A DNA stretch of 57,081 nucleotides from a virus: UHGV virus genome UHGV-1373670, one strand, 5' to 3'. Numbering within the stretch: position 1 is the stretch's first letter; every line of letters begins with the position of its first letter. Shown piece after piece: positions 38,901 to 45,980 of this stretch. The translations under genes were made by a program, and so were the position numbers. The notes under the pieces are model-generated. The model saw only the letters and a list, made by a program, of their open reading frames with translations. It made no database searches and had not been told where the DNA came from.

Positions 38901-41900
38901 GATCAGGTAGTCATCATGAAGCCCGGCATGGACGCTAAGAGAAAGAAGGCACTCTTCGACAAGGTCAATAGCGGTGAGGTGCGCGTCGTGCTCGGCTCAT
39001 CATTCACGCTGGGTACTGGGGTGAATATCCAGGAGCGACTGCACACGCTTATCCATGTGGACGCACCTAACCGACCAATGGACTATACCCAGCGCAATGG
39101 CCGTATCCTTCGCCAGGGAAACCTGCACAAGGAAATGGGCAAGCCCGTCCGCATCCTCCGCTTTGGCGTGGAAGATAGCCTTGACGTGACAGCCTACCAG
39201 CGTCTCAAGACGAAGGGGGCTATTGCGGATAGCATCATGCACGGGGCTGAATATATGGAGAACGCTCTTGAGCATCGAAGCATCGAAGAAGAGGGCGACA
39301 ACTTCGGGGATATGGTAGCTAACCTTTCGGGGAGTGAGTATGCCCTTCTGAAAAACCAAGCCGAGAAGGAGCTCCGCAAGCTGGAGACCAAGCGGAAGCA
39401 GTGGGAAGCGGACCAGCGTTATCTAAGCAAGGCTATCCCCGAGACGAAGCAGGAGATCGCAGGGCTTCGCGTCGTCGAGAAGAAGGCGGAGAGAACCCTC
39501 GCTGCCCTTGACGAGCTATTCCCAGGCGGCAAGGTCGATAAGATTGTAGTAGGCAAGCAGTCCTTCGGATCTGTGGACGAGATGAAGGAGTTCATCAAGG
39601 ACTACAACAAGTCGATCTCCGAAGCAGAAGCCGAGGTTAAGGAAGGCTTCGGCAATACCAGCGTGCAACGCTCGCTCACCTTATCGGTCAATGGTGTGGA
39701 CTTCGTGGTGAACACCAAGATCGAGAAGCACATGGAGCAGAAGGACAGCAAGCTGACGGCCGTGTCGAGACGTGTGATGACCTACTCATCTGAAAAGCTG
39801 GGTATCGAGAACACCCCCGTCCCAGGTATGCGTATTGCCAACGCCATAAAGGATATTACTGAGTCCGTCATCACGGGAGAGCGTGTACGCAACCTTGCCG
39901 CCAATGCGCAAGAGACCTACACACGCAAGGAGAAGGAGCTGGCACAAATGGAAGCACGTGCGGGTAAGCCCTTCGAACATGAAGAGGCCCTCGATAAGGC
40001 GCGCGAAGATGTGGCCAACTACGAAGAGCTTATGCAGAAGGAGCTTGAGGAGAAGGAAGCGAAGTACGCAGAGATGGACGCCCAGGTGAGCGCAGCCAAC
40101 AACGTGAGCAATGCGGAGGAAGATACCGAGGAAGCTAACGACGAGGAGGTGCGCTACCGCTCTGACGAGGAAGTCGAGCAAGATGATCTCGATATGCAGG
40201 ATCTCGAAGAGGTGGCCACCAGCATGGCAGAAGCCCTCGGGGAAAGCGTCCGCGTCATTCACGACACGTCAGAGATTGAAGGCCGCAGTGAAAGCGAGAC
40301 GAGACGCATGCGTGGTGCTAAGGGTTGGTATGATCCTAAGACGGGGCAGGTGGTAGTGGTGCTACCTAATGCAGAGAGCGCAGACGACGTCGAAGCTACT
40401 ATCCTCCATGAGGTCGTAGGGCACAAGGGCTTGCAGGAGCTTGTCGGTAAGGACCAGTTCGGCAAGTTCCTTGACGAGGTGTTCGAAGGTGCTAACGAAG
40501 CCGTGCGAAATGGTGTTGTCGAGCGAAGCAAGAGATACGGGTGGAACACCCGACTTGCCACCGAGGAGTATATCGCAGAGCTTGCCGAGCAGGGCTTCAA
40601 GGATCTCGAAGCACGCGACCTGTGGAACGTTGTACGCAACGCCTTCTATAACCTCCTCAGCCGAGTGAAGCTCGCGCTGGGCTGGGACATCAGCGACCGC
40701 GAACTTCGCTACATGCTTTGGCGCACGTATCAGATGAAGAAGGGCGAGGGCCTTATGGGGCAGGCTAAGGATATAGCCATGCAGGAGAAGCTGGGCGTAG
40801 GTAACTACGAAGAGGCCCGCTTCCGCCAGGGTGAGTCATCCGCCCCCGTAAAGGTGGCCGCCACCTATGATGCGCTTATCAAGAAGTCGAGCTATCAGAC
40901 GCAGGAGGCCCTCCAAGATAGCATGCTCTCGCTCAAGAAGGTCATGGAAATGATCATGCAGGCCAAGGGTGATGCTAAGTACATCGAGGAGATCGAGGGC
41001 TATCAAAATGCCTACATGGGAGAGAACAGAGTCTCGAGCGTAAACCAAGCAGAGGCCGCTGCATACAGCCGCATGGCACTTGAGCCCCTGGTGGAAGAGG
41101 TAAGCCGTCTTGCCAAGAAGGCTCACCACTCATACGTCACGGACTACATGATGGCTAAGCACGGGCTGGAGCGTAACCGCGTGATGGCCTTCCAAAAGGC
41201 CGTAGAGGCTGACGTCGACGCGCACAATAAGGCCGTCAAGGAAAGTGGCGAGGGCGAGGAGCTCACGGCAAGCAGTCTGTGGGATGCGTACCTCAATGAT
41301 ACGGATCGCCTGAGAAACGAAGCCGACTACCGCGAAGGGCGTATTACGGCTGACGTATGGCATAAGACAGACGACGAGATCCGTGCACGCTACGCACCGA
41401 GCTATGCTGAGTACCGCGAGCGAGACTATGCTGGTCTTACGGGCTTGCTTGATCGTCCCGACGTAGATATTCAGACGCTCGAAGAGGAGGCTATCGAAGA
41501 GGTCATGAAGTTCGAGAATGAGAACGACGTCACCGACCTATGGGAACTCACGAACAAGGCTACCGACGCACCGCTTGCAAAGCAGTACGAAGGAGGGCTT
41601 ATGAGCAGAGAGACGCTGGAGCACGTACGCAACATGTACGGGTACTACATACCTCTGCGAGGCTTCGATGAGACGACCAGCGACGAAGCATATAGCTACC
41701 TCGGTGACCGCGACCGCTCCTTCTCTCCCACGCTGAAGAAAGCCAAGGGCCGTAGCAGCAAGGCAGAGGACCCGCTCGCACACATCGCAAGTATGATGGA
41801 GTCAGCTATCTTGCAGAGCAACCGCAATAAGCTGGTGCGTCAGAAGTTCCTGAACTTCGTAGAGAACAACCCCAGCGACCTGTTCAGCGTGCAGAAGCTG

Positions 41901-43940
41901 TGGGTGAAGTGGAACGAGGTGACCAAGGCCTGGGAAGCTGTACTACCTGAGTTCGACCCAAGCGATACGAGCGAGGAGGTGATCCGTAAGACGCAGGAGT
42001 TCGAGGAAATGATGCGGGAGAACAAGAGAAAAGACCCGAAGAACTTCAAGCTGGCAAGCGAGCAGCCCTCTATCCCCTATCGCGTCGTCAGCCTGAGTGA
42101 GCAGATGCAGCACCAAATCATTGTCAAGCGCGGAGGCCGTGACGTTGTGATCATCGTCAATGGCGACCCACGTGTGGCAATGGCGGTGAATGGTCAGACC
42201 AACCCCGACGGGGAGGCTAAGGGGCATATCGGTGCGCTGTTCAGAGCTGGGGCAGCCGTGAATAGAAAGCTCGCAGGCTTCTATACGTCGCTCAGCCCTA
42301 ACTTCGTGGTGAAGAACTTCATCCGAGATATTATATACGCTAACACTATTGCGTGGGTCAAGGAGTCACCCACCTACGCAATGACCTACCACGCCAACGT
42401 AGCCAAGCTCGCAGGGCAGATGCACAGGCTTGTCCACCTCTATGAGCACGACAAGCTGGATATGTCCAACGAGACGCACCGCGCGTTTAAGCTCTTCATG
42501 AAGAATGGTGGAGAGACGGGCTACTCGCAGCTCCGTAGCATGGACCGCCATAAGAAGGAGATCGAGCGTATGATGAAGGAGTCAGGAGGACGTATTAGCC
42601 CCAAGCAGGCGTTCCGATTGCTGGGTGATACTATGGAGTTTGCCAACCGAGGTATCGAAGATCTCTCACGCTTCGCTGCGTTCCTGACGAGTAGACAGAT
42701 GGGCCGCACTATCGACCGATCTATCTACGACGCAAAGGAGATGACCGTGAACTTCAACAAGAAGGGAGCGGGCTCTACCTTCTATGATGCGACAACGCAA
42801 AGCAGGGTGGGTAATGCTGCGGCACTCCTTTCAGGTACGGGGCGTAGCTTATACCTCTTTTGGAATGTTGCTATCCAGGGGTCTGTGAACATCGCACGCG
42901 CTGTGAAGAGAAACCCCAAGAAGGGTACGGCATACCTGGCTACCTTCCTCGCTCTCGGTATTCTTCAGACGATGCTCCCAGCACTCACGGGTGGCGACGA
43001 TGATGACAGATACTGGAACTTGCCTGACTATGTAAGACGCAATAATATCTGTTTCTTTGTAGGAGACGTGCTTGTGAAGATCCCTCTACCCCAGGAAGCC
43101 CGCGCTATCTTCGGCATAGGTGAGCTCGGCATGAGCTACTCATCAGGGAAGGAAGACAAGACGCCCATGGAGCTGGCTCAGACTATCGCTGGTCAGATCT
43201 CTCAGGTGATGCCACTTGACCTCATGGACGACTCGGGGGCTACCCACGCACTCATGCCAAGCCTTGCTAAGCCCTTCTTCGAAGCACAGACTAACCACAG
43301 CTGGATGGGCCGTCCTATTTGGAAGGATACCGACTACAATAAGGCTATGCCCGACTGGACCAAGGCCTACAAGGCTACGGGCGGTGCTTACGTATGGCTC
43401 GCGAAGGAGCTGAACGCGCTCACGGGTGGTGACGACTACAAACAGGGATGGGTAAACATCAACCCTGCGAAGCTGGAGTACATGCTCAAGGGTTACCTCG
43501 GTGGGCTCTACACAGCGGCCGATCAGATAATCAAGTCCAGCGAGACCGCCTTCGGTGATCGTGAGTTCTCGATGCGTGACGTGCCTATCCTCTCGGGCTT
43601 CCTCGACGGGGCTGACGAACGCAACGATATGCGCAATGTCAATAACACGTACTACCACTTCAAGGAAGAAGCTAAGGAGGTCCTGCGCCTGGGTAAGTCC
43701 TACGAGAGTGATCTCGAGCAAGGCAAGAGTGACTCCACGGACTACGCTAAGAAGCTCGACGAGCTGGTGAACACCAAATCGTATGAGCGTGCGCTGCTCT
43801 TCGAGGATCTCAGTAAGGAGATCGAGGAGATGCAGAAGGCCCTGAAGGAGGCTACCGACCCTAAGGAGGCAGAGGAGCTACAGGCAGAGATTGACAAACA
43901 GAAGAAGGCACTGGTGATCCAGCTGCGCCAAATGAAATAA
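26934..43940 (+). CDS. giant polyvalent protein (5668 aa): ParB-like nuclease-fold domain, N6-adenine DNA methyltransferase, SNF2-family helicase, HExxH zincin-like metallopeptidase and additional uncharacterised regions
   Basis: Single uninterrupted 17-kb ORF. Motifs read directly from the translation: VIQGNSRADALRAV (ParB/Srx-like GxxR), ILEGSAGIGS and TNVPF (methyltransferase motifs I and IV), LAHEVGTGKT and LIDEAHEYK (helicase motifs I and II), QRNGRILRQGN (helicase motif VI), ILHEVVGHKG (HExxH). Confidence 0.8.
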   Translation: MQNNDKTQKNLSGLHNTLETMGYSVPNIDQFAKDMRKEENLRSVYDKVSSGGYELPDFETFKADMGWIKPTPAGVPAPLRPKDQLAPTGKPGAPATPFGFDLPANPKKPSHAPKARLGFPRLDKKMRPVQEVNDPSVPLLKTTRDVAQDENGNVVNVVQPELVPDFDPNNGGVTAPKALLDVTTGKTIRPTELSKEEVDGYNAGNIDAVKDPKLRQALKEANVIYTPTLTESDARRKAGELTSEIDKALAERTEYLDKKMGEVTIADSPTAWGIRGFNIPAAANKSRIEQANDSEYMMLEAARSTMHDVNNLIAEADHNTKEGGDIASVYERSALAGTLRGFGSTIIDPRVWDQGVRDLSASSRLAMALDKADRGEKLTRGEQLLLDAKANEMATALYFEDRIGRGYKAGSVTAHAIPFMVEMAMSGGISTMGKNVSSGLARYAMRRFGAKAAGKAIIKRTIRGAATTAGAMLAGGAMANTFGAMKTAANVVGRTAGDVQFSTGVDAEGRATTTYGGHTEGDSLGEAFVKGELSNTAEYATELLGDGLVDVVKWAAGKVASPVASKLAQLIGKTGVEAAEQVGKKSVLGKVAGSVGDAGAWTLAKASKFIENMQASKFATSLKALEKQAQWNGVFGEYLEELANNAAAVMIGDKDLSADKGKGFFNLDDNIDTFLGVSLMGGVMSSAQTAGYFAGGGARGMARYQIGQSEGAVWSTLTTDEQRKAWDDVRRQILLQDGKEQVDAVKSALTNPNFNAEQRRAILDYTKSVQTYKGMSEYRRKQSEDAKADPLQNELADSYDKGAEMTQAEEMSHARSWYEFAQQKAAERLGVDADALDEMGAPDQLTLDQVAQLREEHSEQAVQSYVDYLNARATYEGMIGSVSQGIQAEAAQAEQAVRSQQHKDGTLRRAILRGTEGNKVEVHIKDGDLVMDEEGRIDTDKSSKDFIVRDNETGVVRFASIDDIISAEQPTSADDAVSEAVNAVYERREKEAADAINGTITPQVGAVYNLLDADGNPQQIAIQQVGQDGTLDVDYSGVPHKMTTDDLQAMADNTRARQIENEHAAQVQQAKAEEREEREQAGLPRYALNDELTIRTPEGEEVTAYVTNEEDADGNIEVYFNEPFDGKKVHLFTKDYLDGVVVGTRLSPESDGNTQAVEAPATPAAPALAQVQPVSEEVPEEATTAPTPTQEEENDIIGRSMTEEEAEAFLTAISNNHEVAPELELTPENWYAEFGEDGMVHTPIGDAHMGENQFLKMMRDGRKSKLGMIRPTLEAPHAIVEEPSTAKEGQETERDSSYIYIRVFEKEDGSRHYHFTSVSVQRDGGEVIVSNQEKSRNQVKRLLTEGVVLWMRADNAPDTSDVDQDLYSSQGTELSDPASEGTDASQSTPSESKDNESTSHDDPNDESLSPEEAYEAVLRATNGDVALALEVIESTIADKEKVLAKAKKAKPRSADTIEGKIQAREEVAAGIEAAEVSLAHWQAVAEIAAEQVQEEVAEVAEPVAEQTEQESEEPTAEQEPAEEEAAEEQEPEAEQEEEATPTPEDTAPEWGKDNPADARARGYIKVEGLRVDRQGQLSDALIGKESDVKFATNDTQQAHYAIIEAESLQPSHIRGYQNQLHFIPEAQPKDRSDVVSEQAAVRIAANINPEEITTSATAYTGAPTINARGEVIQGNSRADALRAVWESFRDTSGEKYKQYLIENAEALGIDPEAIEGMKSPVLVHLADVSDERAIELGQYRQTDIESGGVERINPQTLYAKIGEKRDTFIHFLLVTSDDDLSLAESITRNAAETLSWLNRQGFISDTQFRSAFGAKGEITAEAKEDLRNALYRSFFEGAHNSLEAEFYNLPKRTQQALLRVSYRDQQSPADAHFLDELQSSVSAYNALMGYTPFAEAKTFEDAERAIETWMRFSGDLITGEVNSEQYSNFAVQLALRYKFLTQKELISKLNAVYDAVQAVSEDTLFGEGEVNPKTLAEAVGEVFSINIDNNTEEDGSTGSSSPGSDLEGSNGGEQEGQGTPGGNEQDQSRAGTPERRGGAASNPQEGEGVTTETEEVAPEAGDTQASDATGEEEVRPSITSKVRNEYVAPAYDKSMPREEKEAVLERVNQELKEAEAEAVKAIKDANVALKEYYHSGAMPGVRNIAYVNAQREVVIRAHSGLPIEASNPFLTMPGLSDIIDPIAEAKQKKDVLTALKSEIEDDLNEDEEGPKPTKPKKGSTKKKGDKKTTEKEEEKPLPQPRKVSLEGLMGALHATGEARLSDHIEEEEVEADTTNGMRPVTIEDIDAGVTNVYHNGEEHAILSTFNDTHALLDNMQKAPISELQIKEEASEAGPEATEETAPRELEDMSEEELIALTDNEDTDGDTLWRIRGILQSRSRIDTYSADAHILSNPNVPDDLIEAISLGRGWYVSNGNTSSRAFRLLSQRRMMQAVEHTNEVAEQQEKEEKEEARVKNEGQFGLVSDERMQELKARMKKKLRGQLNAGVDPEVLAIGLELAVGYIDRGLSKFSRFAETLINELGEDVRPYIKAFYNGARDMPELVESGLSAEMDSYDAVNGFDIANFGKEESPEIIEQARHVAKEQEAQKLMTEVKEQQAEANATENNGTEEVHVPARTSTGEREAGEEHRSDEPLGTPAEGQAKQPKQKRVDRRSVEDTLTDDQRGGGVPEQLDQSVEAPKGDKPAKRNTRNWREKKGEDNSPKSDAARIKANIDAIKLSKEILNEGREATQAEKAILAQWTGWGGLGAAFNEYSAPYATLRMLLTEDELREANESRLTAYYTPAKIIDQIWDAVSALGFKGGNILEGSAGIGSMLARMPKGVSDVSNIQAVEIDSITGGILSLLYPDADVHIKGFQNTKVAPGSVSLAITNVPFVTGLKVHDDTGFSDLSRKFGKNIQDFCIAKNVRTLAPNGLGVFITSSGTLDKSRDLRLWLTDKDGGNSDVVGAFRLNNETFIGTSVTSDIIIVRKRGENGEKLAGAINITETTPVRTGKYTDYSGERATTREVALSYNDYFVQHPENMGGEMKLAFENGATYRATSAGLYPTPNIDQDKLLTAWVRSMKKIDMAKVDPNEGARTGVTSGKDLSGYKIGEVFVQKDGSVAIVSTNKGITIAESFANDGKKVRSKYTKAQVVEDYRAIKKALNELIDYQLQASEDSTGKLKELQQALNTAYDTFVERYGNLNKNVAISFLSNDIDWPSVQAIEKFEEKANVDGSKTKIYGKTDIFSSRIIDPKTQEKPTDPTQAVKASILSFGRVDLQYLSDALSISEEEAKKAALATGLAFENPSTGVVESRYAYLSGNVREKLAAAEANNEGGKYDVNISALREVMPQDIPAHLLPYSFGASWIPAKVFEEFVQERTGVRVSLSKHGGGWVMTTKSDDYTEANKALGVYSELRHEYILGTELMDVAINLKTKIVSKTESFGYGKDRTTKTTTDKAATAAVSDKADELRQDFVDWMQAKVQEDDKLAEQLTTKYNMEMNNYVPMTMPDDFVPTHFEGASNKITLRPHQAKAAIRATTQPVLLAHEVGTGKTFTMISAAMEMRRLGTAKKPMIVVQNATVGQFVNSAKLLYPQAKILTLSDADKGPEGRKRFYANVMYNDWDMIIIPQSTFDKIPDSEERKRTYIEEKIREKREVIEAMKEDKDAARSAVYRAKVRELQDLEKEVAKSSRPAIDAKAEAKSRMNAEAKAQQMLDRKVDEGVYEFDDLGIDALLIDEAHEYKHLGFETAMGRDIKGIDPSYSNKSQGLYLKIQSVMEKTGGRNILFATGTPISNTAAEIWTFMRYLMPREDMEAYNISNFDDFVRNYGRVQTQLEFSTDGRFKANKRFVGYDGLSELVRIWSQVSDTVLTSNSPEVLEKIPELEGTKATDIFLPQTPGLRSVMLFVKERLADFDKMSGAEKKENSHIPLTMYGIAKAAAVDPRLVINDAPDEPMSKTNEAVRQALQSLEETKEYKGTVAIFSDIYNNKVSGFNLYEDIRKKLIEAGVPEDQVVIMKPGMDAKRKKALFDKVNSGEVRVVLGSSFTLGTGVNIQERLHTLIHVDAPNRPMDYTQRNGRILRQGNLHKEMGKPVRILRFGVEDSLDVTAYQRLKTKGAIADSIMHGAEYMENALEHRSIEEEGDNFGDMVANLSGSEYALLKNQAEKELRKLETKRKQWEADQRYLSKAIPETKQEIAGLRVVEKKAERTLAALDELFPGGKVDKIVVGKQSFGSVDEMKEFIKDYNKSISEAEAEVKEGFGNTSVQRSLTLSVNGVDFVVNTKIEKHMEQKDSKLTAVSRRVMTYSSEKLGIENTPVPGMRIANAIKDITESVITGERVRNLAANAQETYTRKEKELAQMEARAGKPFEHEEALDKAREDVANYEELMQKELEEKEAKYAEMDAQVSAANNVSNAEEDTEEANDEEVRYRSDEEVEQDDLDMQDLEEVATSMAEALGESVRVIHDTSEIEGRSESETRRMRGAKGWYDPKTGQVVVVLPNAESADDVEATILHEVVGHKGLQELVGKDQFGKFLDEVFEGANEAVRNGVVERSKRYGWNTRLATEEYIAELAEQGFKDLEARDLWNVVRNAFYNLLSRVKLALGWDISDRELRYMLWRTYQMKKGEGLMGQAKDIAMQEKLGVGNYEEARFRQGESSAPVKVAATYDALIKKSSYQTQEALQDSMLSLKKVMEMIMQAKGDAKYIEEIEGYQNAYMGENRVSSVNQAEAAAYSRMALEPLVEEVSRLAKKAHHSYVTDYMMAKHGLERNRVMAFQKAVEADVDAHNKAVKESGEGEELTASSLWDAYLNDTDRLRNEADYREGRITADVWHKTDDEIRARYAPSYAEYRERDYAGLTGLLDRPDVDIQTLEEEAIEEVMKFENENDVTDLWELTNKATDAPLAKQYEGGLMSRETLEHVRNMYGYYIPLRGFDETTSDEAYSYLGDRDRSFSPTLKKAKGRSSKAEDPLAHIASMMESAILQSNRNKLVRQKFLNFVENNPSDLFSVQKLWVKWNEVTKAWEAVLPEFDPSDTSEEVIRKTQEFEEMMRENKRKDPKNFKLASEQPSIPYRVVSLSEQMQHQIIVKRGGRDVVIIVNGDPRVAMAVNGQTNPDGEAKGHIGALFRAGAAVNRKLAGFYTSLSPNFVVKNFIRDIIYANTIAWVKESPTYAMTYHANVAKLAGQMHRLVHLYEHDKLDMSNETHRAFKLFMKNGGETGYSQLRSMDRHKKEIERMMKESGGRISPKQAFRLLGDTMEFANRGIEDLSRFAAFLTSRQMGRTIDRSIYDAKEMTVNFNKKGAGSTFYDATTQSRVGNAAALLSGTGRSLYLFWNVAIQGSVNIARAVKRNPKKGTAYLATFLALGILQTMLPALTGGDDDDRYWNLPDYVRRNNICFFVGDVLVKIPLPQEARAIFGIGELGMSYSSGKEDKTPMELAQTIAGQISQVMPLDLMDDSGATHALMPSLAKPFFEAQTNHSWMGRPIWKDTDYNKAMPDWTKAYKATGGAYVWLAKELNALTGGDDYKQGWVNINPAKLEYMLKGYLGGLYTAADQIIKSSETAFGDREFSMRDVPILSGFLDGADERNDMRNVNNTYYHFKEEAKEVLRLGKSYESDLEQGKSDSTDYAKKLDELVNTKSYERALLFEDLSKEIEEMQKALKEATDPKEAEELQAEIDKQKKALVIQLRQMK
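31660..32200 (+). other. domain within the giant protein: ParB/Srx-fold nuclease-like domain
   Basis: GEVIQGNSRADALRAVWESF around nt 31943-31978, preceded by a strongly acidic E/A/Q tract (31380-31560). Confidence 0.45.
35080..35900 (+). other. domain within the giant protein: gamma-class N6-adenine DNA methyltransferase
   Basis: Motif I (GNILEGSAGIGS, about 35340-35370) precedes motif IV (NVPF, 35541-35552). Confidence 0.7.
37430..39130 (+). other. domain within the giant protein: SNF2/DEAH-family helicase (N- and C-terminal lobes)
   Basis: AHEVGTGKT (about 37505), DEAH (about 38080), QRNGRILRQGN (about 39091). Confidence 0.75.
40330..40480 (+). other. domain within the giant protein: HExxH zinc metallopeptidase-like motif region
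   Basis: DVEATILHEVVGHKGLQELVG (HEVVGH at 40407-40424). Confidence 0.5.
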
Positions 43941-43951
43941 GAGAGAAGCGA

Positions 43952-45922
43952 ATGAATACCTACACTAAGAAGCTACGTCGGCTAAGCCAGGTTGGCGGGC
44001 AAAAGAAGATTGACTCCGTTGGATCTACCAAGCACCACGGGGAGTACAACCGAGCTATGGGCGTACTCCTCGAGGCGCGTCGTAGCTGGGACGCCATGTC
44101 ACGTTTCCGAAAGGATCGCGAGCGGTGCAAGCGGTACACCTACGGGGATCAGTGGAAGGATGTCGTCAATGTGGACGGCAAGACGATGACCGAGGAGAAG
44201 TATATCATGGAACAAGGCAGCGTCCCATTGAAGAACAACCTCATCCGTCGCCTTGTGCGTAACGTCCTCGGTGCATACCTCAAGCAGACGAAAGAGCCCG
44301 TATGCGTGGCGCGAGACAGAGACGAGCAGCGACTCGGAGAGACGATGAGCACGATCCTCCAGTACAATATGCAGCTCAATAGCATGACCGAGCTTGGTGC
44401 GCGCTCTATGGAGGAGTTCGTCATCAGTGGGCTAACGGTCCAGCATAAGAGCTACGGGGTGCGTGAGGGTCGCCTGGACTGCTGGACGCGCATTGTCAAT
44501 CCGAGTATGTTCTTCTTGGACTCCAATTCACAGGACGTACGCGGGTGGGACGTGAGTATCATTGGAGAGATCCATGATATTGACTTACAAACGCTCTTCC
44601 GAGAGTTTGCCAGCAGCCGCGAGGAGTGTGAACGCCTACGTGAGATCTACCGCTATGCACGCGACGGGGATTACGTGAGTCAATACTTTTCGGATTTCCC
44701 TGACTTCGGGTATAGCGATGCACGTACTTACGACTTCTTCACGGGTCGCGACCCCCGTCGCTGTCGTGTCATCGAGGTATGGCGCAAGGAGACGAAGGAG
44801 CGTTACTTGTGCCACGACCCCAACAACGGGGAGGTATACAAGATCGAGACGGAGGACTACGGGAAGATGGTAGAGGCTGTGAATAGAGACCGCATGGCAA
44901 TGGCCGCTGAGCAGGGGATCCCCGAGGAGGATGTGCCACTAATCGAGGCGACGTGGTTTGTAGACGATTATTGGTACTTCTACTACCTAAGTCCATTCGG
45001 TCATATCCTAAAGGAGGGAGAGACCCCATACCACCACAAGAGCCACCCCTATGTCTTCAAGGCCTACCCCTTCATTGATGGGGAGATCCACTCCTTCGTC
45101 TCCGACGTCATCGACCAGCAGCGATATACGAACCGCCTCATCACGCTATACGACTGGGTAATGCGCTCAAGCGCGAAGGGGGTACTTCTTATCCCAGAGG
45201 ATAGCGTGCCCGATAATATGACTCTCGAGGAGTTCGGGGAAGAGTGGAGTCGCTTCAACGGGGTGATCGCCTTTACTCCCAACAAGCAGGGGGTACTTCC
45301 CCAGCAGATCTCGAGCAACGCCACGAATATCGGCATCGGGGAGCTACTGAATATCCAGCTCAAGCTCTTCGAAGATGTGTCAGGGGTGCATGGTGCGCTG
45401 CAGGGTAAGCCAGGCTTTGCTGGTATGAGCTCCAGCCTATACGCTCAGCAGACGCAGAACGCGACGAACTCGCTGGTGGATCTCATGGATAGCTTTAGCG
45501 CGTTCACGATCCAGGGGGCGTATAAGGATGTGAAGAACATTCAGCAGTTCTACGATGAGAAGCGCGTGGTGAATATCGCGGGCAATGACTCGAGCCTACT
45601 CCCCGACGATCCCCGCAAGATCCGTGATATTGAGTTCGACCTCTCTATTGCTGAGAGCTCCTCGAGCCCTGCATATCGACAGCTCGCTAATGAGTTCCTC
45701 CTCGAGGTATGGAAGGCTGGTCAGATCACGCTCAACCAGCTATTGGAGGTGGGCGACTTCCCATTTGCGGACAAGCTCTTGCAGAGCCTCGACTCGCAAG
45801 CTGAGCAGATGAAGCAGGGCATAGCCCCCGAAGGGATAAGCCCCGAAATGCAGCAGCAGGCTATGGCTATGGCTGATCCAGCTGCCGTAGAAATGGCCCA
45901 CCGAGCCATCACGGCAAACTAA
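43952..45922 (+). CDS. portal protein (candidate)
   Basis: 656 aa; immediately downstream of the giant (MuF-position) gene and convergent with the large terminase gene. Assigned by size and position only. Confidence 0.5.
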   Translation: MNTYTKKLRRLSQVGGQKKIDSVGSTKHHGEYNRAMGVLLEARRSWDAMSRFRKDRERCKRYTYGDQWKDVVNVDGKTMTEEKYIMEQGSVPLKNNLIRRLVRNVLGAYLKQTKEPVCVARDRDEQRLGETMSTILQYNMQLNSMTELGARSMEEFVISGLTVQHKSYGVREGRLDCWTRIVNPSMFFLDSNSQDVRGWDVSIIGEIHDIDLQTLFREFASSREECERLREIYRYARDGDYVSQYFSDFPDFGYSDARTYDFFTGRDPRRCRVIEVWRKETKERYLCHDPNNGEVYKIETEDYGKMVEAVNRDRMAMAAEQGIPEEDVPLIEATWFVDDYWYFYYLSPFGHILKEGETPYHHKSHPYVFKAYPFIDGEIHSFVSDVIDQQRYTNRLITLYDWVMRSSAKGVLLIPEDSVPDNMTLEEFGEEWSRFNGVIAFTPNKQGVLPQQISSNATNIGIGELLNIQLKLFEDVSGVHGALQGKPGFAGMSSSLYAQQTQNATNSLVDLMDSFSAFTIQGAYKDVKNIQQFYDEKRVVNIAGNDSSLLPDDPRKIRDIEFDLSIAESSSSPAYRQLANEFLLEVWKAGQITLNQLLEVGDFPFADKLLQSLDSQAEQMKQGIAPEGISPEMQQQAMAMADPAAVEMAHRAITAN

Positions 45923-45940
45923 GATAGGGACGTGAAATGA

Positions 45941-45978
45941 TTAGCCCCGTGCTCGACGTTGGTTGGGCACGGGGCTAA
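45941..45978. terminator. bidirectional intrinsic terminator between the convergent portal and terminase genes
   Basis: Inverted repeat ttagccccgtgc / gcacggggctaa. Confidence 0.6.
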
Positions 45979-45980
45979 TA

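Noticed and set aside
27003-43721. Dozens of 60-300-aa ORFs on the minus strand and in alternative plus-strand frames inside the 17-kb giant gene (for example 27003..27887, 29628..30323, 31362..32243, 43143..43721)
   Set aside because: They are antisense or out-of-frame overlaps of a continuous, motif-rich long ORF. Their compositions are the serine/arginine/leucine-rich mirror-frame type and none has a start context. Treated as spurious.
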